Below are positions 8,633 through 17,267 of a stretch of 64,000 bases of DNA, in pieces (the stretch's first letter is position 1; every line of letters begins with the position of its first letter). Where the stretch lies: contig JAHJHG010000009.1 in NCBI GenBank assembly GCA_018823885.1, forward strand, positions 64,783 through 128,782, written 5' to 3'. Source of the DNA: Patescibacteria group bacterium (GTDB lineage Bacteria > Patescibacteriota > Microgenomatia > UBA8517). Under the pieces are notes generated by a model. It was given only the letters and a program-made list of their open reading frames with translations, was not told the DNA's origin and did no database searches. A program made the position numbers and the translations under genes.

Positions 8633-9967
8633 TTAGGTTTTTCTAAAAGTAAAGAAACCAAGCGTCAAACTAAAAACAATTAGTCCTAATCCCATTATGG
8701 AGTATAAAATTGTCGGTTTCAAGCTTCCAGAATCTGGGATTCCAGAAGCAGTGGATGTAGGTGTTGCAGTTGGTGTTGCCGAAGCAGTAGGTGACGGACT
8801 TATAGTAGGTATTGGCGATGATGTAGGCGTTGCTGATGGCGTTGATTCAAAGGCTGGTCCTTCGGCTGCTTGAACTACGAAAGTGCGTGTCAGAGTTGTC
8901 AAAATCCCAGTAGCATCACGCCAGGTAATTGTAATTTTGTGCACTCCCTCGCTGAGTCCCTCAGGAGGACTCCAGCTCCAATCACCCGAAGAACTTATTG
9001 TTGTTTGGTCAGTAACGGGGTTGGACTCGACTGTTATAGTAATTGTTGTTCCAGGGGGGCCTTCACCGAAAAATTCGGGTTCGGTGCTCGTGACAATTTC
9101 TCCTTCCTCATGGCTTTCTAATGTGACCTTTTCTGTGGAAAGACCGGTAGTGTCGTCGTCTGTTATTTCAAATTTTGAAGATTCAGTTGCATCGTCAGGA
9201 AGATTGACGTTTGCTTTTGGAATACCCCCGATTTCACTAGCCGGTTCATTTTTAAAATCCAAACTTTCACCTAGAATAATTGGAGGAGTGGGTTTAGCTG
9301 AGGCTGGATAAATCTGAGCTGTGGCAACACCACGAGAACCCGCCTGGACAGATATTTCAATAAGAGTTGTGGTTTCGTTTATTTCGATAAAGGAAGATAA
9401 ATTCTGATTTCTTGCAGAGGAAATAGGGATGACCCAACTACCATTCTGTGAAGTTGTAGTTGACAAAGGACTTGCTCCAGCCAGTGTTATATAAACAATT
9501 GCTTTCTCGGCAGGGGTTCCGGTTGCCGTAAGAATTGTACCAGATATTGAATTTGAGATTGTTTGGCCAAAAAGCTCTGGGCCAGTAGTTATTTGCCAGG
9601 GAACTCCATTGTTGTCAAAAGTGGTCCCGTCCGAGCTTATTTTAAAAAAATATGTTCTATCAGGAGAGAGTCCTTGAGCGGTGACAGAGTGAGTTTCACT
9701 TATTTCACTTATTTCATTAAGCTCCGTTTTTGTTAGTGAGTTTTCGGTTTCTCCCCAAAGAATAAATCCGCCAGTTTCTTTATCAGTTGCCCAAGAGACA
9801 GTGAAAGAAGAGTCCGTTATATTTGTGATTCTTATATCTTTTGGCGAAGTCTGTGGAGTAGCTCCTAATCTAAAAATTTGTTTGTTTTGGACAAGAAGAA
9901 TTCCGGCTGCTAGACCAAAAACCAGAAGAATAATACCTAAGAAAGTGGGAATTTTGTTTTTTCTCAT
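8633..9967 (-). CDS. surface protein with N-terminal anchor, fibronectin-III-like domain and C-terminal IPDSG-TM-RKT sorting-signal-like tail
   Basis: 444 aa; N-term MRKNKIPTFLGIILLVFGLAAGILLVQNKQ; FN3-like segment (ITNITDSSFTVSWATDKETGGFILWGE...LSPDRTYFFKISS); beta-rich middle; PT-rich linker then GIPDSGSLKPTILYSIMGLGLIVFSLTLGFFTFRKT at the extreme C-terminus. Confidence 0.65.
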   Translation of the reverse strand: MRKNKIPTFLGIILLVFGLAAGILLVQNKQIFRLGATPQTSPKDIRITNITDSSFTVSWATDKETGGFILWGETENSLTKTELNEISEISETHSVTAQGLSPDRTYFFKISSDGTTFDNNGVPWQITTGPELFGQTISNSISGTILTATGTPAEKAIVYITLAGASPLSTTTSQNGSWVIPISSARNQNLSSFIEINETTTLIEISVQAGSRGVATAQIYPASAKPTPPIILGESLDFKNEPASEIGGIPKANVNLPDDATESSKFEITDDDTTGLSTEKVTLESHEEGEIVTSTEPEFFGEGPPGTTITITVESNPVTDQTTISSSGDWSWSPPEGLSEGVHKITITWRDATGILTTLTRTFVVQAAEGPAFESTPSATPTSSPIPTISPSPTASATPTATPTSTASGIPDSGSLKPTILYSIMGLGLIVFSLTLGFFTFRKT

Positions 9968-10323
9968 TGAATTATGTCTCCTGATTCTGTGGCTTCATCG
10001 GTTTCATTTGTCGCACTTTCTGTTGCCTGTTCTTGTTCTTCTGGTAATTGTGTGGGCGCAGGAGAGGCAGTAGGTGATGGACTGGGAGACGAAGTTAGAA
10101 TTATTTCTGCTAATTCATGTTCCTGGAAAAATAACTTATTAACAACTTTACTGAGTGTTATTGTATCGAGCGTGGGAGAAATAGGCTCCAATATTTCATC
10201 CGGGACTTTTATGGGAACCTCAGAAGTGAAAGAGCGATAGGCACTAAATCCAATCCAAAACAACACAGTGATTAGGGTTAATATTCCTAAAACTACCAAG
10301 TTGGGTTTCTTTTGCTTTTTCAT
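9964..10323 (-). CDS. small bitopic membrane protein with acidic Ser/Pro-rich C-terminus (pilus-operon component)
   Basis: 119 aa; MKKQKKPNLVVLGILTLITVLFWIGF TM, then SPSPSPTASPAPTQLPEEQEQATESATNETDEATE; start and stop codons overlap neighbours (translational coupling). Confidence 0.5.
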   Translation of the reverse strand: MKKQKKPNLVVLGILTLITVLFWIGFSAYRSFTSEVPIKVPDEILEPISPTLDTITLSKVVNKLFFQEHELAEIILTSSPSPSPTASPAPTQLPEEQEQATESATNETDEATESGDIIQ

Positions 10324-10994
10324 TTTTCTTCCGTATTTGAGTTCTCCTTAAGATAAGGTGTTCGGCCAGTAACCACAAGAACCAGATTTTGTGTCTCTTC
10401 CAGTTGCGGAGAAATGATATTGAGAGCATCGATTTTTACAGGTCTTCTCATGTCCTCCAAGGCGGAAAGAAAATTGACTACTCCTTGATAACTTCCAGCA
10501 ATACTTATTGAAAAAGTAATTCCTTTTGACTCTTCGGGTAGCGGTTGTAGTTCGTCTTTTGATCTTTTTTCCTTCTCATCACCAAGAAGAGTTATCTCGC
10601 CTATTGTAATTCCTAGTAAATTTACGGGATAACTTGTTGCAAGGCCCTCTACTTGTCGGACAAAAAGATCGGGCGCAGGGTTATCAGGAATGGCTGTTTC
10701 AAGAAGTTTGATTCGCGCCCCTTCTTGAATGTATAAGGTTTGTGCTTGTTGTAGATTTTGGATTTTTGTGTTCATTTTATCGACAGTTTCTTCTTTTGTT
10801 TCTATTTCTTTAAGAAGCTCGATAATAGTGAGGAGTGTTGGTTTTAGGGCAAAAAGAGCAAAAAAAGAAATTGTTACTAAAGTGAGAATTAATTCCAAAA
10901 AACTCTTTAAGTCTTGCCTCTGTTTGTAAATGTTTACGATATTCAAAAAATACGATCGATATCTTAGATAATCTTTTCTCCAGCCCAATGCCAT
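10320..10994 (-). CDS. pilO: type IV pilus assembly protein PilO-like
   Basis: 224 aa; short cytoplasmic N-term, one TM, coiled-coil (EIETKEETVDKMNTKIQNLQQAQ) then ferredoxin-like repeat segment ITFSISIAGSYQGVVNFLSALEDMRRPVKIDALNI resembling PilO cores; 1-nt gap from pilN. Confidence 0.65.
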   Translation of the reverse strand: MALGWRKDYLRYRSYFLNIVNIYKQRQDLKSFLELILTLVTISFFALFALKPTLLTIIELLKEIETKEETVDKMNTKIQNLQQAQTLYIQEGARIKLLETAIPDNPAPDLFVRQVEGLATSYPVNLLGITIGEITLLGDEKEKRSKDELQPLPEESKGITFSISIAGSYQGVVNFLSALEDMRRPVKIDALNIISPQLEETQNLVLVVTGRTPYLKENSNTEEK

Positions 10995-10995
10995 A

Positions 10996-11559
10996 TTATT
11001 TTCCTCCTTTGCTGTTTAGTGTCAATTTAAGCGAAAAAGTTAATAAAACTTGAATTTCTTTGTCCGTGCTAATTTGAGTTATGGCTACTTCCTCGAATTC
11101 GTCGCTCGCATCCAAATTTGCAACAAATTGAGCAATCCCTCTTTCGTTGGGCGAAACGCCCTCTATTTTTATGTCATCGCCAACAAAGGAAAAAGAAGAA
11201 AGGACAATCTCAGGGGGAACAAGTGAGGAGGTAGTATTTAAGTGGCCAGTAGTCGGCTTATCTACGGCTGTTAGTTCGGAGAAGATACTCAGCTTTTTTT
11301 GAGCACCCCGAAACTCGTTCTCAAAATCAACAGAAGCGACAAGGACGGCCTGCCTTTGCTTAATCAGGTCGTTTAAGTCAGCTGATTTTGCGTCAAGCCA
11401 AAAACGTGACAGAAAGACCATCATTACAAACACCTCTGTAATAATCACTATTACCCTGAAACTAGAAAGAAGCCAGGCTAAAACACGACCAAGTGTTGAT
11501 TGGGCAAACTCTTCCTGGGGAAGTAGGTTTATTCTATTTTTCTTTTTTCGGGCAGCCAT
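10996..11559 (-). CDS. pilN: type IV pilus assembly protein PilN-like
   Basis: 187 aa; N-terminal RINLLPQEE (the INLLP PilM-binding motif of PilN) followed by a single TM and periplasmic/extracytoplasmic domain. Confidence 0.7.
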   Translation of the reverse strand: MAARKKKNRINLLPQEEFAQSTLGRVLAWLLSSFRVIVIITEVFVMMVFLSRFWLDAKSADLNDLIKQRQAVLVASVDFENEFRGAQKKLSIFSELTAVDKPTTGHLNTTSSLVPPEIVLSSFSFVGDDIKIEGVSPNERGIAQFVANLDASDEFEEVAITQISTDKEIQVLLTFSLKLTLNSKGGK

Positions 11560-11675
11560 ATAGATTTAGTAAAATCAGTCAAATAAACACACTAGACAAG
11601 AGTAGTAAAAACTACTATTTCGTGCCTTTTTACCTTAATTCAAACTATACCACACAGAGAGCCTTCCACAGAAGC

Positions 11676-11948
11676 TTATTTTTTTGAAGATTTCTTGGGT
11701 TTTTTTGAAGATTTCTTGGGCAATAATTTAGAAAGACCGCTTTTTATTCTGGCTGCCTTGTTTCGGTGGATGATGTTTCTTTTTACGGCACGGTCTGTCA
11801 GAGAAATTGCTTCCCCAACTGTTTTTCCCGATTTTTCTTTTTTTGCAAGTCTTACGGCAATTTCAAGACGAGATTTAAGAGTGCGGTTTATTAACGCTTT
11901 CTTTTTTGATGACCTTAAAGCTCTTTTGGCTGTTTTTGTAACTGGCAT
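11676..11948 (-). CDS. rpsT: 30S ribosomal protein S20
   Basis: 90 aa; MPVTKTAKRALRSSKKKALINRTLKSRLEIAVRLAKKEKS... typical S20; Lys-rich C-terminal extension encoded by a perfect 21-bp tandem duplication. Confidence 0.85.
   Translation of the reverse strand: MPVTKTAKRALRSSKKKALINRTLKSRLEIAVRLAKKEKSGKTVGEAISLTDRAVKRNIIHRNKAARIKSGLSKLLPKKSSKKPKKSSKK
11679..11720. repeat. perfect 2 x 21-bp tandem duplication (tttttttgaagatttcttggg) at the 3' end of rpsT
   Basis: seen directly at 11679-11699 and 11700-11720; encodes KKSSKKPKKSSKK tail on minus strand. Confidence 0.9.
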
Positions 11949-12081
11949 ATTGTTGGTAATAAATGATAAGAAATAATAAATTTTCCTATTCGATAATTCC
12001 TGATTTGTGAGTATAATCTAACAAGGCTAAAATATCAACAGAGCCATAAATCAAGTATAGATACTTAATTAGATAAAAAAA

Positions 12082-13815
12082 ATGGTTAATAAGATTATTT
12101 CAAAAAGTAAAAAACTGCTTACTTCGCCACAATCTTCTGTTCTATCGGCAGCAACAATAATCATGCTAATGGTGATTGCTTCTCGCATACTAGGTTTGGT
12201 TCGCCAAAGAGTATTGGCACATTACTTTTTACCGGCTGATTTGAGTTTATTTTTTGCAGCATTTAGACTCCCAGATTTGATATTTGAAGTTCTGGTTTTT
12301 GGCACATTTTCTTCTGCTTTTATCCCTGTCTTCACCAAGGCGCTTAAGAAAGGAAATTCTGATGCTTGGGAAATAGCTGGGTATGTTACAAACATAAGCC
12401 TTTTGATTTTTGGAAGTTTTGCTCTTCTGGCTGGTATTTTTGCAAATAATTTGTATGCCATTTTTGCGCCTGGTTTTGGACCGGCCGAGAGAGTAGAGAT
12501 TGTAAAAATTGCTAGAATACTTTTCGCAGCCCAAGGCTTTTTCGTAATAAGCTATGTTTTGACTGGAGTTTTAGAATCATTAAGGCGTTTCTTGATTCCT
12601 GCCCTGGCTCCTCTGTTTTACAATTTGGGAATTATTTTGGGAACGATACTTTTAGTGTCAGACATGAAGCTTTTATCTCCGGCAATCGGTGTTTTTGTTG
12701 GGGCGGGTTTGCATTTTTTGATTCAATTACCATTGGCGATAAAGCTTGGTTTCAGGTTTATACCATCGATTCGTTTGACTAAAGATGTAAGAAAAATCGG
12801 AAAGCTCGCGCTACCAAGGGTAATAGAACTTTCCTTTTTGCAAATATCTAAAACAGTTGAGCTTTTCTTGGCATCATTAATATCGACTGCTTCATATACG
12901 TACTTCACTTTTGGTAACTCTTTACAGCTCTTGCCTGTTGGACTTTTTGGAACCTCTATTGCAAAGGCCGCTCTTCCTACGTTGGCACGGCAGGCAGAAG
13001 ACAAAGCGCAATTTAGACGAACTCTTTTTAATGCGCTTTATCAAATTGTTTTTTTGGTGTTGCCCGTAGCCACGATCCTAATTGTTCTAAGAATACCGCT
13101 AGTGAGACTTGTTTTCGGCACTGAGATATTTGATTGGGAGGCAACTGTGCAAACCGGCATAGTGGTTTCTTCATTTGCGATGGGGGCCGTTTTTCAGGCA
13201 GCCAACTCCCTGCTTGCCCGGGCGTTTTATGCATTGCATGATACAAAGACCCCAGTTATAGTTTCGATAAGTGGAATTATCATAATAGTACTCGCCGACT
13301 TTATTTTTATTAAAGGATTTGGACTGCCTGTTTGGGGGTTGGCTCTTGCCTTTTCCATCGGAAGTGCCTATCAAGCAATCTTACTCTTTTCCCTTTTAAG
13401 CAAGAGGGTGGGGAAAAGCTCTTTCATTAAACTAGCTGTCCCCATTTTAAAATCCGGAATTTCTGCTGTTGGGGCTGGTTCTGTTATGTATTTTGTTCTT
13501 AAAATTTTTGACAGATCAGTTTGGGTCAAAAGACTGTCGTTTTTGGGAAAAATAGAGGCTACGTCAGTTATTCCTTTTGAAAAATTTGTTTTAGATACGC
13601 GCTATACGGCCAATTTATTGATTTTGACAATTGCGGTTTCTTTAATGGGAGCCTTTGTCTATTTAGGAATAGCCATTTTGTTAAAACAAAAAGAAGTAGG
13701 GATATTTTTTGACTTACTAAAGAGAACTTTTATAAAGCACAAGATAACCCCTATTCCGATCAAAAAACAAGAACAAATTACTCCAACACAGACAGATACG
13801 ACCTCTATTCAATAA
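12082..13815 (+). CDS. murJ: lipid II flippase MurJ (MviN)
   Basis: 577 aa, 14 predicted TM helices; N-terminal ...IIMLMVIASRILGLVRQRVLAHYF and internal motifs characteristic of MurJ/MviN; C-terminal extension with extra TM helices. Confidence 0.85.
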   Translation: MVNKIISKSKKLLTSPQSSVLSAATIIMLMVIASRILGLVRQRVLAHYFLPADLSLFFAAFRLPDLIFEVLVFGTFSSAFIPVFTKALKKGNSDAWEIAGYVTNISLLIFGSFALLAGIFANNLYAIFAPGFGPAERVEIVKIARILFAAQGFFVISYVLTGVLESLRRFLIPALAPLFYNLGIILGTILLVSDMKLLSPAIGVFVGAGLHFLIQLPLAIKLGFRFIPSIRLTKDVRKIGKLALPRVIELSFLQISKTVELFLASLISTASYTYFTFGNSLQLLPVGLFGTSIAKAALPTLARQAEDKAQFRRTLFNALYQIVFLVLPVATILIVLRIPLVRLVFGTEIFDWEATVQTGIVVSSFAMGAVFQAANSLLARAFYALHDTKTPVIVSISGIIIIVLADFIFIKGFGLPVWGLALAFSIGSAYQAILLFSLLSKRVGKSSFIKLAVPILKSGISAVGAGSVMYFVLKIFDRSVWVKRLSFLGKIEATSVIPFEKFVLDTRYTANLLILTIAVSLMGAFVYLGIAILLKQKEVGIFFDLLKRTFIKHKITPIPIKKQEQITPTQTDTTSIQ

Positions 13816-13829
13816 AAAGCAAAACATGC

Positions 13830-13868
13830 TTGACACGAATTAGCACTCATGCTAATCTTCTGCTAATG
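13830..13868 (+). promoter_or_regulatory. -35-like TTGACA followed by CIRCE-like inverted repeat (TTAGCACTC-N9-TTCTGCTAA) abutting the hrcA ATG
   Basis: TTGACA at 13830-13835; TTAGCACTC 13840-13848, 9-nt spacer, TTCTGCTAA 13858-13866 (6/9 match to the right half GAGTGCTAA of the CIRCE consensus). Confidence 0.5.
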
Positions 13869-14594
13869 ACTGATGGAATTACAGCAAGACAAACACAAAT
13901 ATTAAAAAGCCTAATTGATGAATATATCGAAACGGCAGAACCTGTTGGTTCAGAGGCGTTGGATAAAAAATATAATTTAGGAGTATCTCCTGCAACTATA
14001 AGAAATGAGATGGTTTTGCTTACTAAAACCGGTTTTTTGAGACAACCCCACACTTCAGCCGGTAGAATTCCCAGCCCAAAGGCAATGAAGTTTTATGTAG
14101 AACAGCTCATGGAAGAAAAGCAAATGAGTTTGACCGAAGAGGTGAAAGCAAAAGAGGAAGTTTGGGATTCAAGGAATGATCTGCCGCTTCTCTTAGAAGG
14201 AGTAGTCCATGCCTTAGCCGAGCGAACGAAAAGCTTGGCAATTGCCGTTATCGATGAAGGAAAAGCCTCATATTCTGGTTATTCAAACATTTTCCTAAGC
14301 CCGGAATTTGCGGATTTGGAAATTTGTGCAAATATATTTACTTTTCTTGAAGAAACCAAAAGACTCCAAGAGCTTTTCTTCGAGAGAGTGCAAGGGGGAT
14401 CTCCGGTCGAAGTTGTTTTCGGAGAAGAACTTGGTTGGATTGGCATGTCCCCTATAGGAATAATTGCAACTAGATTTAATGCTGGGGAAAAGCGCGGAGC
14501 TCTCGGAATAATTGGACCAGTAAGGCTTAGTTATCCGACGATTATTCCTATTTTGCGATATTTTGGAAATTTGGTGCAGGAGATTTCAGAATGA
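13830..14594 (+). CDS. hrcA: heat-inducible transcription repressor HrcA (probable true start ATG 13866)
   Basis: ARQTQILKSLIDEYIETAEPVGSEALDKKYNLGVSPATIRNEMVLLTKTGFLRQPHTSAGRIPS = HrcA winged-helix N-domain; ORF-table start is a TTG that would place the CIRCE-like operator inside the CDS. Confidence 0.85.
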   Translation: MTRISTHANLLLMTDGITARQTQILKSLIDEYIETAEPVGSEALDKKYNLGVSPATIRNEMVLLTKTGFLRQPHTSAGRIPSPKAMKFYVEQLMEEKQMSLTEEVKAKEEVWDSRNDLPLLLEGVVHALAERTKSLAIAVIDEGKASYSGYSNIFLSPEFADLEICANIFTFLEETKRLQELFFERVQGGSPVEVVFGEELGWIGMSPIGIIATRFNAGEKRGALGIIGPVRLSYPTIIPILRYFGNLVQEISE

Positions 14595-15031
14595 AAAAAC
14601 AAAAAATAACTAAAATTAACGAAAAAGAATTAGGAAAAGTAAAAAATCAGCTGATGCGAGCTTTGGCTGATTATGATAACTTAAGAAAGAGGATTGAAAG
14701 AGAAAGAGAAGGGTTTGAGAAGATAGTGAGTGCCAGGTTTGCCACCAAGATACTGTCTGTTTTTGATATGATTGAAGAGGCACAGAGGCACTTGAAAGAT
14801 TCTGGAATTGCCTTAACATTAGAAGAGTTCAAGAAAATCTTAAGCGAGGAAGGAATTGAAAAAATTATGGTAGGACAGGGGGATAAATTTGACGAGAAAG
14901 TATGTGAAGCGGTAGAGGTTGTAGAAAACGGCAAGGATGGTAAAATCGCAGAGGTTATTTTGACTGGTTGGAAGTTTAAGGAAGGGCCAGTAATTCGCCC
15001 AACGAAAGTAAAAGTATCTAAAGGAAAATAA
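14591..15031 (+). CDS. grpE: nucleotide exchange factor GrpE
   Basis: 146 aa; KNQLMRALADYDNLRKRIERERE GrpE signature helix; overlaps hrcA stop by 4 nt. Confidence 0.85.
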   Translation: MKKQKITKINEKELGKVKNQLMRALADYDNLRKRIEREREGFEKIVSARFATKILSVFDMIEEAQRHLKDSGIALTLEEFKKILSEEGIEKIMVGQGDKFDEKVCEAVEVVENGKDGKIAEVILTGWKFKEGPVIRPTKVKVSKGK

Positions 15032-15037
15032 AACAAA

Positions 15038-16954
15038 ATGTCTAAAATAATTGGTATAGATTTAGGGACAACGAACTCAGTTGTTGCCGTTATGGAAGGG
15101 GGAAGGCCAAAAGTTATCCCTGCGGCCGATACTGGCCGAAATCTCACGCCAAGCGTTGTTGAGCCAATCAAAAATTTAGTTGGAGACGTGGCCAAACGTC
15201 AGATGATTCTTAATCCCAAAAACACAATTTATTCCATTAAAAGACTTGTTGGGAGAAGAATTGGAGATGCAGAGGTTGAGAAAACAAAGAAAATGGTTCC
15301 GTACGAGATAGTAGCAGGAAAAGATAGTACGGCCGCTGTTTCAGTTGAAGATAAAACATATACATCTCAGGAAATCTCAGCAAGAATATTAATGAAGCTC
15401 AAAAAAGATGCTGAAGATTATCTCGGAGAAAAGGTTGAAAAAGCGGTGATTACCGTTCCGGCATATTTTGACGATGCTCAGCGTCAAGCAACTAAACAAG
15501 CCGGGAAAATTGCTAACCTTAAGGTTGAAAGAATAATTAACGAGCCGACGGCAGCCGCTCTGGCTTACGGGCTTGACAAGAAAAAGGCAGAAAAAATTGC
15601 GGTTTATGATCTTGGCGGTGGAACTTTTGATATTTCAATTCTTGAATTAGGAGAGGGTGTTTTTGAAGTGAAAGCAACAAATGGTGATACGCACTTAGGG
15701 GGAGATGATTTTGACGAAGCGATTGTTGATTGGATCGTGGCAGAATTTAAAAAAGATAATATTGTAGACCTTAAACAGGACAAGCAAGCACTTCAGAGAG
15801 TAAGAGATGCGGCCGAAAAGGCAAAAATAGAATTGTCAGCGACTCAGGAGGTTGAAATTAATCAACCCTACATCACTCAAAGAGATGGACAACCTCTCCA
15901 TTTAACAATGAAATTGACCAGAGCAAAATTTGAGAGTTTGGTTGAAGATTTAATTGAAAGAACAATGAAGCCGGTTGAGGCCTGTTTTAAGGACGCAAAG
16001 CTTGATCCACACAAGATAGACGAAGTTATCATGGTTGGCGGAATGACCAGAATGCCAAAGATAATTGATTTGGTTAAAGAATATTTTGGGAAAGAGCCAA
16101 ATAAATCTGTTAACCCAGACGAGGTTGTTGCTGTAGGGGCGGCAATTCAAGCGGGAGTTTTAGGGGGAGAAGTAAAAGACATTCTTCTCTTAGATGTAAC
16201 TCCTTTAACCTTGGCAATTGAAACTCTAGGAAATGTCGCCACGCCCATGATTCCTAGAAACACAACTGTTCCTACAAGTAAAACCGAAGTTTTTTCAACT
16301 GCGGCTGACAATCAAACCCAAGTTGATATTCATATAACCCAAGGTGAACGGCCAATGGTAGCCGACAATAAGAGTTTAGGGAGGTTTATTTTAGACGGCA
16401 TTCCCCCAGCACCCCGAGGGGTTCCGCAGGTAGAAGTTTCGTTTGACATAGACGCTTCTGGAATTTTAAAGGTTACTGCAAAGGACAAGGCTACGGACAA
16501 AAGCCAAAACATAACAATAACGGGGGCAATTGGTTTAAGTGACGATGAGGTCAAAAGAATGCAAGATGAGGCAGAGAAACACAAAGAAGAAGACGAGAAA
16601 AAGGCGGAACAAATTAAAGCAAAAAATCAAGCTGATGCAATGGTTGCCACTGCGGAAAAAGCATTAAAAGATGCTGGTGATAAAGTAAAAAAAGATGTTA
16701 AGGAAAAAGTTGAGGAAAAGATAAAGTCCTTGAAAGACATTATGGACAAGGGAGATAAAGAGGAGCTTGAAAAGAAAACACAGGAATTGTCAGAAGAGCT
16801 TCAAAAAATAGGTCAGGCTATGTATGACGCACAAGGTTCTCCTGAAACTGGTGAACAGAAAGAGGGCAAAAAAGATGAGAGTAAAGGATCGAAGAAAAAA
16901 GACGCAAAAGAAGAAAAAGACGGGGAAGTTGAAGAGGGAGAAATAGTTGAATAA
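15038..16954 (+). CDS. dnaK: molecular chaperone DnaK (Hsp70)
   Basis: 638 aa; [28 protein letters not shown] Hsp70 signatures; acidic C-terminal tail. Confidence 0.97.
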   Translation: MSKIIGIDLGTTNSVVAVMEGGRPKVIPAADTGRNLTPSVVEPIKNLVGDVAKRQMILNPKNTIYSIKRLVGRRIGDAEVEKTKKMVPYEIVAGKDSTAAVSVEDKTYTSQEISARILMKLKKDAEDYLGEKVEKAVITVPAYFDDAQRQATKQAGKIANLKVERIINEPTAAALAYGLDKKKAEKIAVYDLGGGTFDISILELGEGVFEVKATNGDTHLGGDDFDEAIVDWIVAEFKKDNIVDLKQDKQALQRVRDAAEKAKIELSATQEVEINQPYITQRDGQPLHLTMKLTRAKFESLVEDLIERTMKPVEACFKDAKLDPHKIDEVIMVGGMTRMPKIIDLVKEYFGKEPNKSVNPDEVVAVGAAIQAGVLGGEVKDILLLDVTPLTLAIETLGNVATPMIPRNTTVPTSKTEVFSTAADNQTQVDIHITQGERPMVADNKSLGRFILDGIPPAPRGVPQVEVSFDIDASGILKVTAKDKATDKSQNITITGAIGLSDDEVKRMQDEAEKHKEEDEKKAEQIKAKNQADAMVATAEKALKDAGDKVKKDVKEKVEEKIKSLKDIMDKGDKEELEKKTQELSEELQKIGQAMYDAQGSPETGEQKEGKKDESKGSKKKDAKEEKDGEVEEGEIVE

Positions 16955-16959
16955 AAGTT

Positions 16960-17223
16960 GTGTCGATTAGCATAGAAAAACTTCAAAAAGTTCTTGCCTC
17001 CGACGATATAGCTACGCAAATATTAACCTCGAAAGATAGAGACCTTCTTATCAAATTTGATGAAAAGGTTGATAGATGGAGGGAAGTAAACAGGATCCCC
17101 TCTTTTTGCGACGAGCCGGAAGAGATAATAAATGAAGCTTTTCGATTGGTGCCAGGTTCAGAGAGAGTTTTAGAGAAACAAATGGAAATATTGGACTGTA
17201 TTTTTAAAACAGGATTGGGATAA
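16960..17223 (+). CDS. hypothetical small protein between dnaK and dnaJ (GTG start)
   Basis: 87-aa ORF co-directional in the chaperone operon; no recognisable motif. Confidence 0.35.
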   Translation: MSISIEKLQKVLASDDIATQILTSKDRDLLIKFDEKVDRWREVNRIPSFCDEPEEIINEAFRLVPGSERVLEKQMEILDCIFKTGLG

Positions 17224-17267
17224 TCTTCGGATAAATAATTTTTTAAGAAAAGAGATAATATTAAGTT

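Noticed and set aside
6804-9967. Interpretation of the anchored proteins as type IV (pseudo)pilins
   Set aside because: N-termini lack the class III signal (Gly at -1, Phe/Met +1, Glu +5; no G-F-T-L-I-E); hydrophobic segments look like ordinary signal anchors.
13830-13865. TTG-initiated N-terminal extension of hrcA (and analogous upstream TTG/GTG extensions of rpsO, rplC, rpmC, rplE, rplF, map)
   Set aside because: In each case an in-frame ATG gives a protein whose N-terminus matches the family, whereas the extension overlaps the upstream gene or contains regulatory elements (CIRCE-like repeat, leader hairpin).
14671-15195. 174-aa minus-strand ORF overlapping grpE/dnaK
   Set aside because: Lies antisense to two highly conserved chaperone genes; Ser/Thr/Pro-rich low-complexity translation typical of shadow frames.
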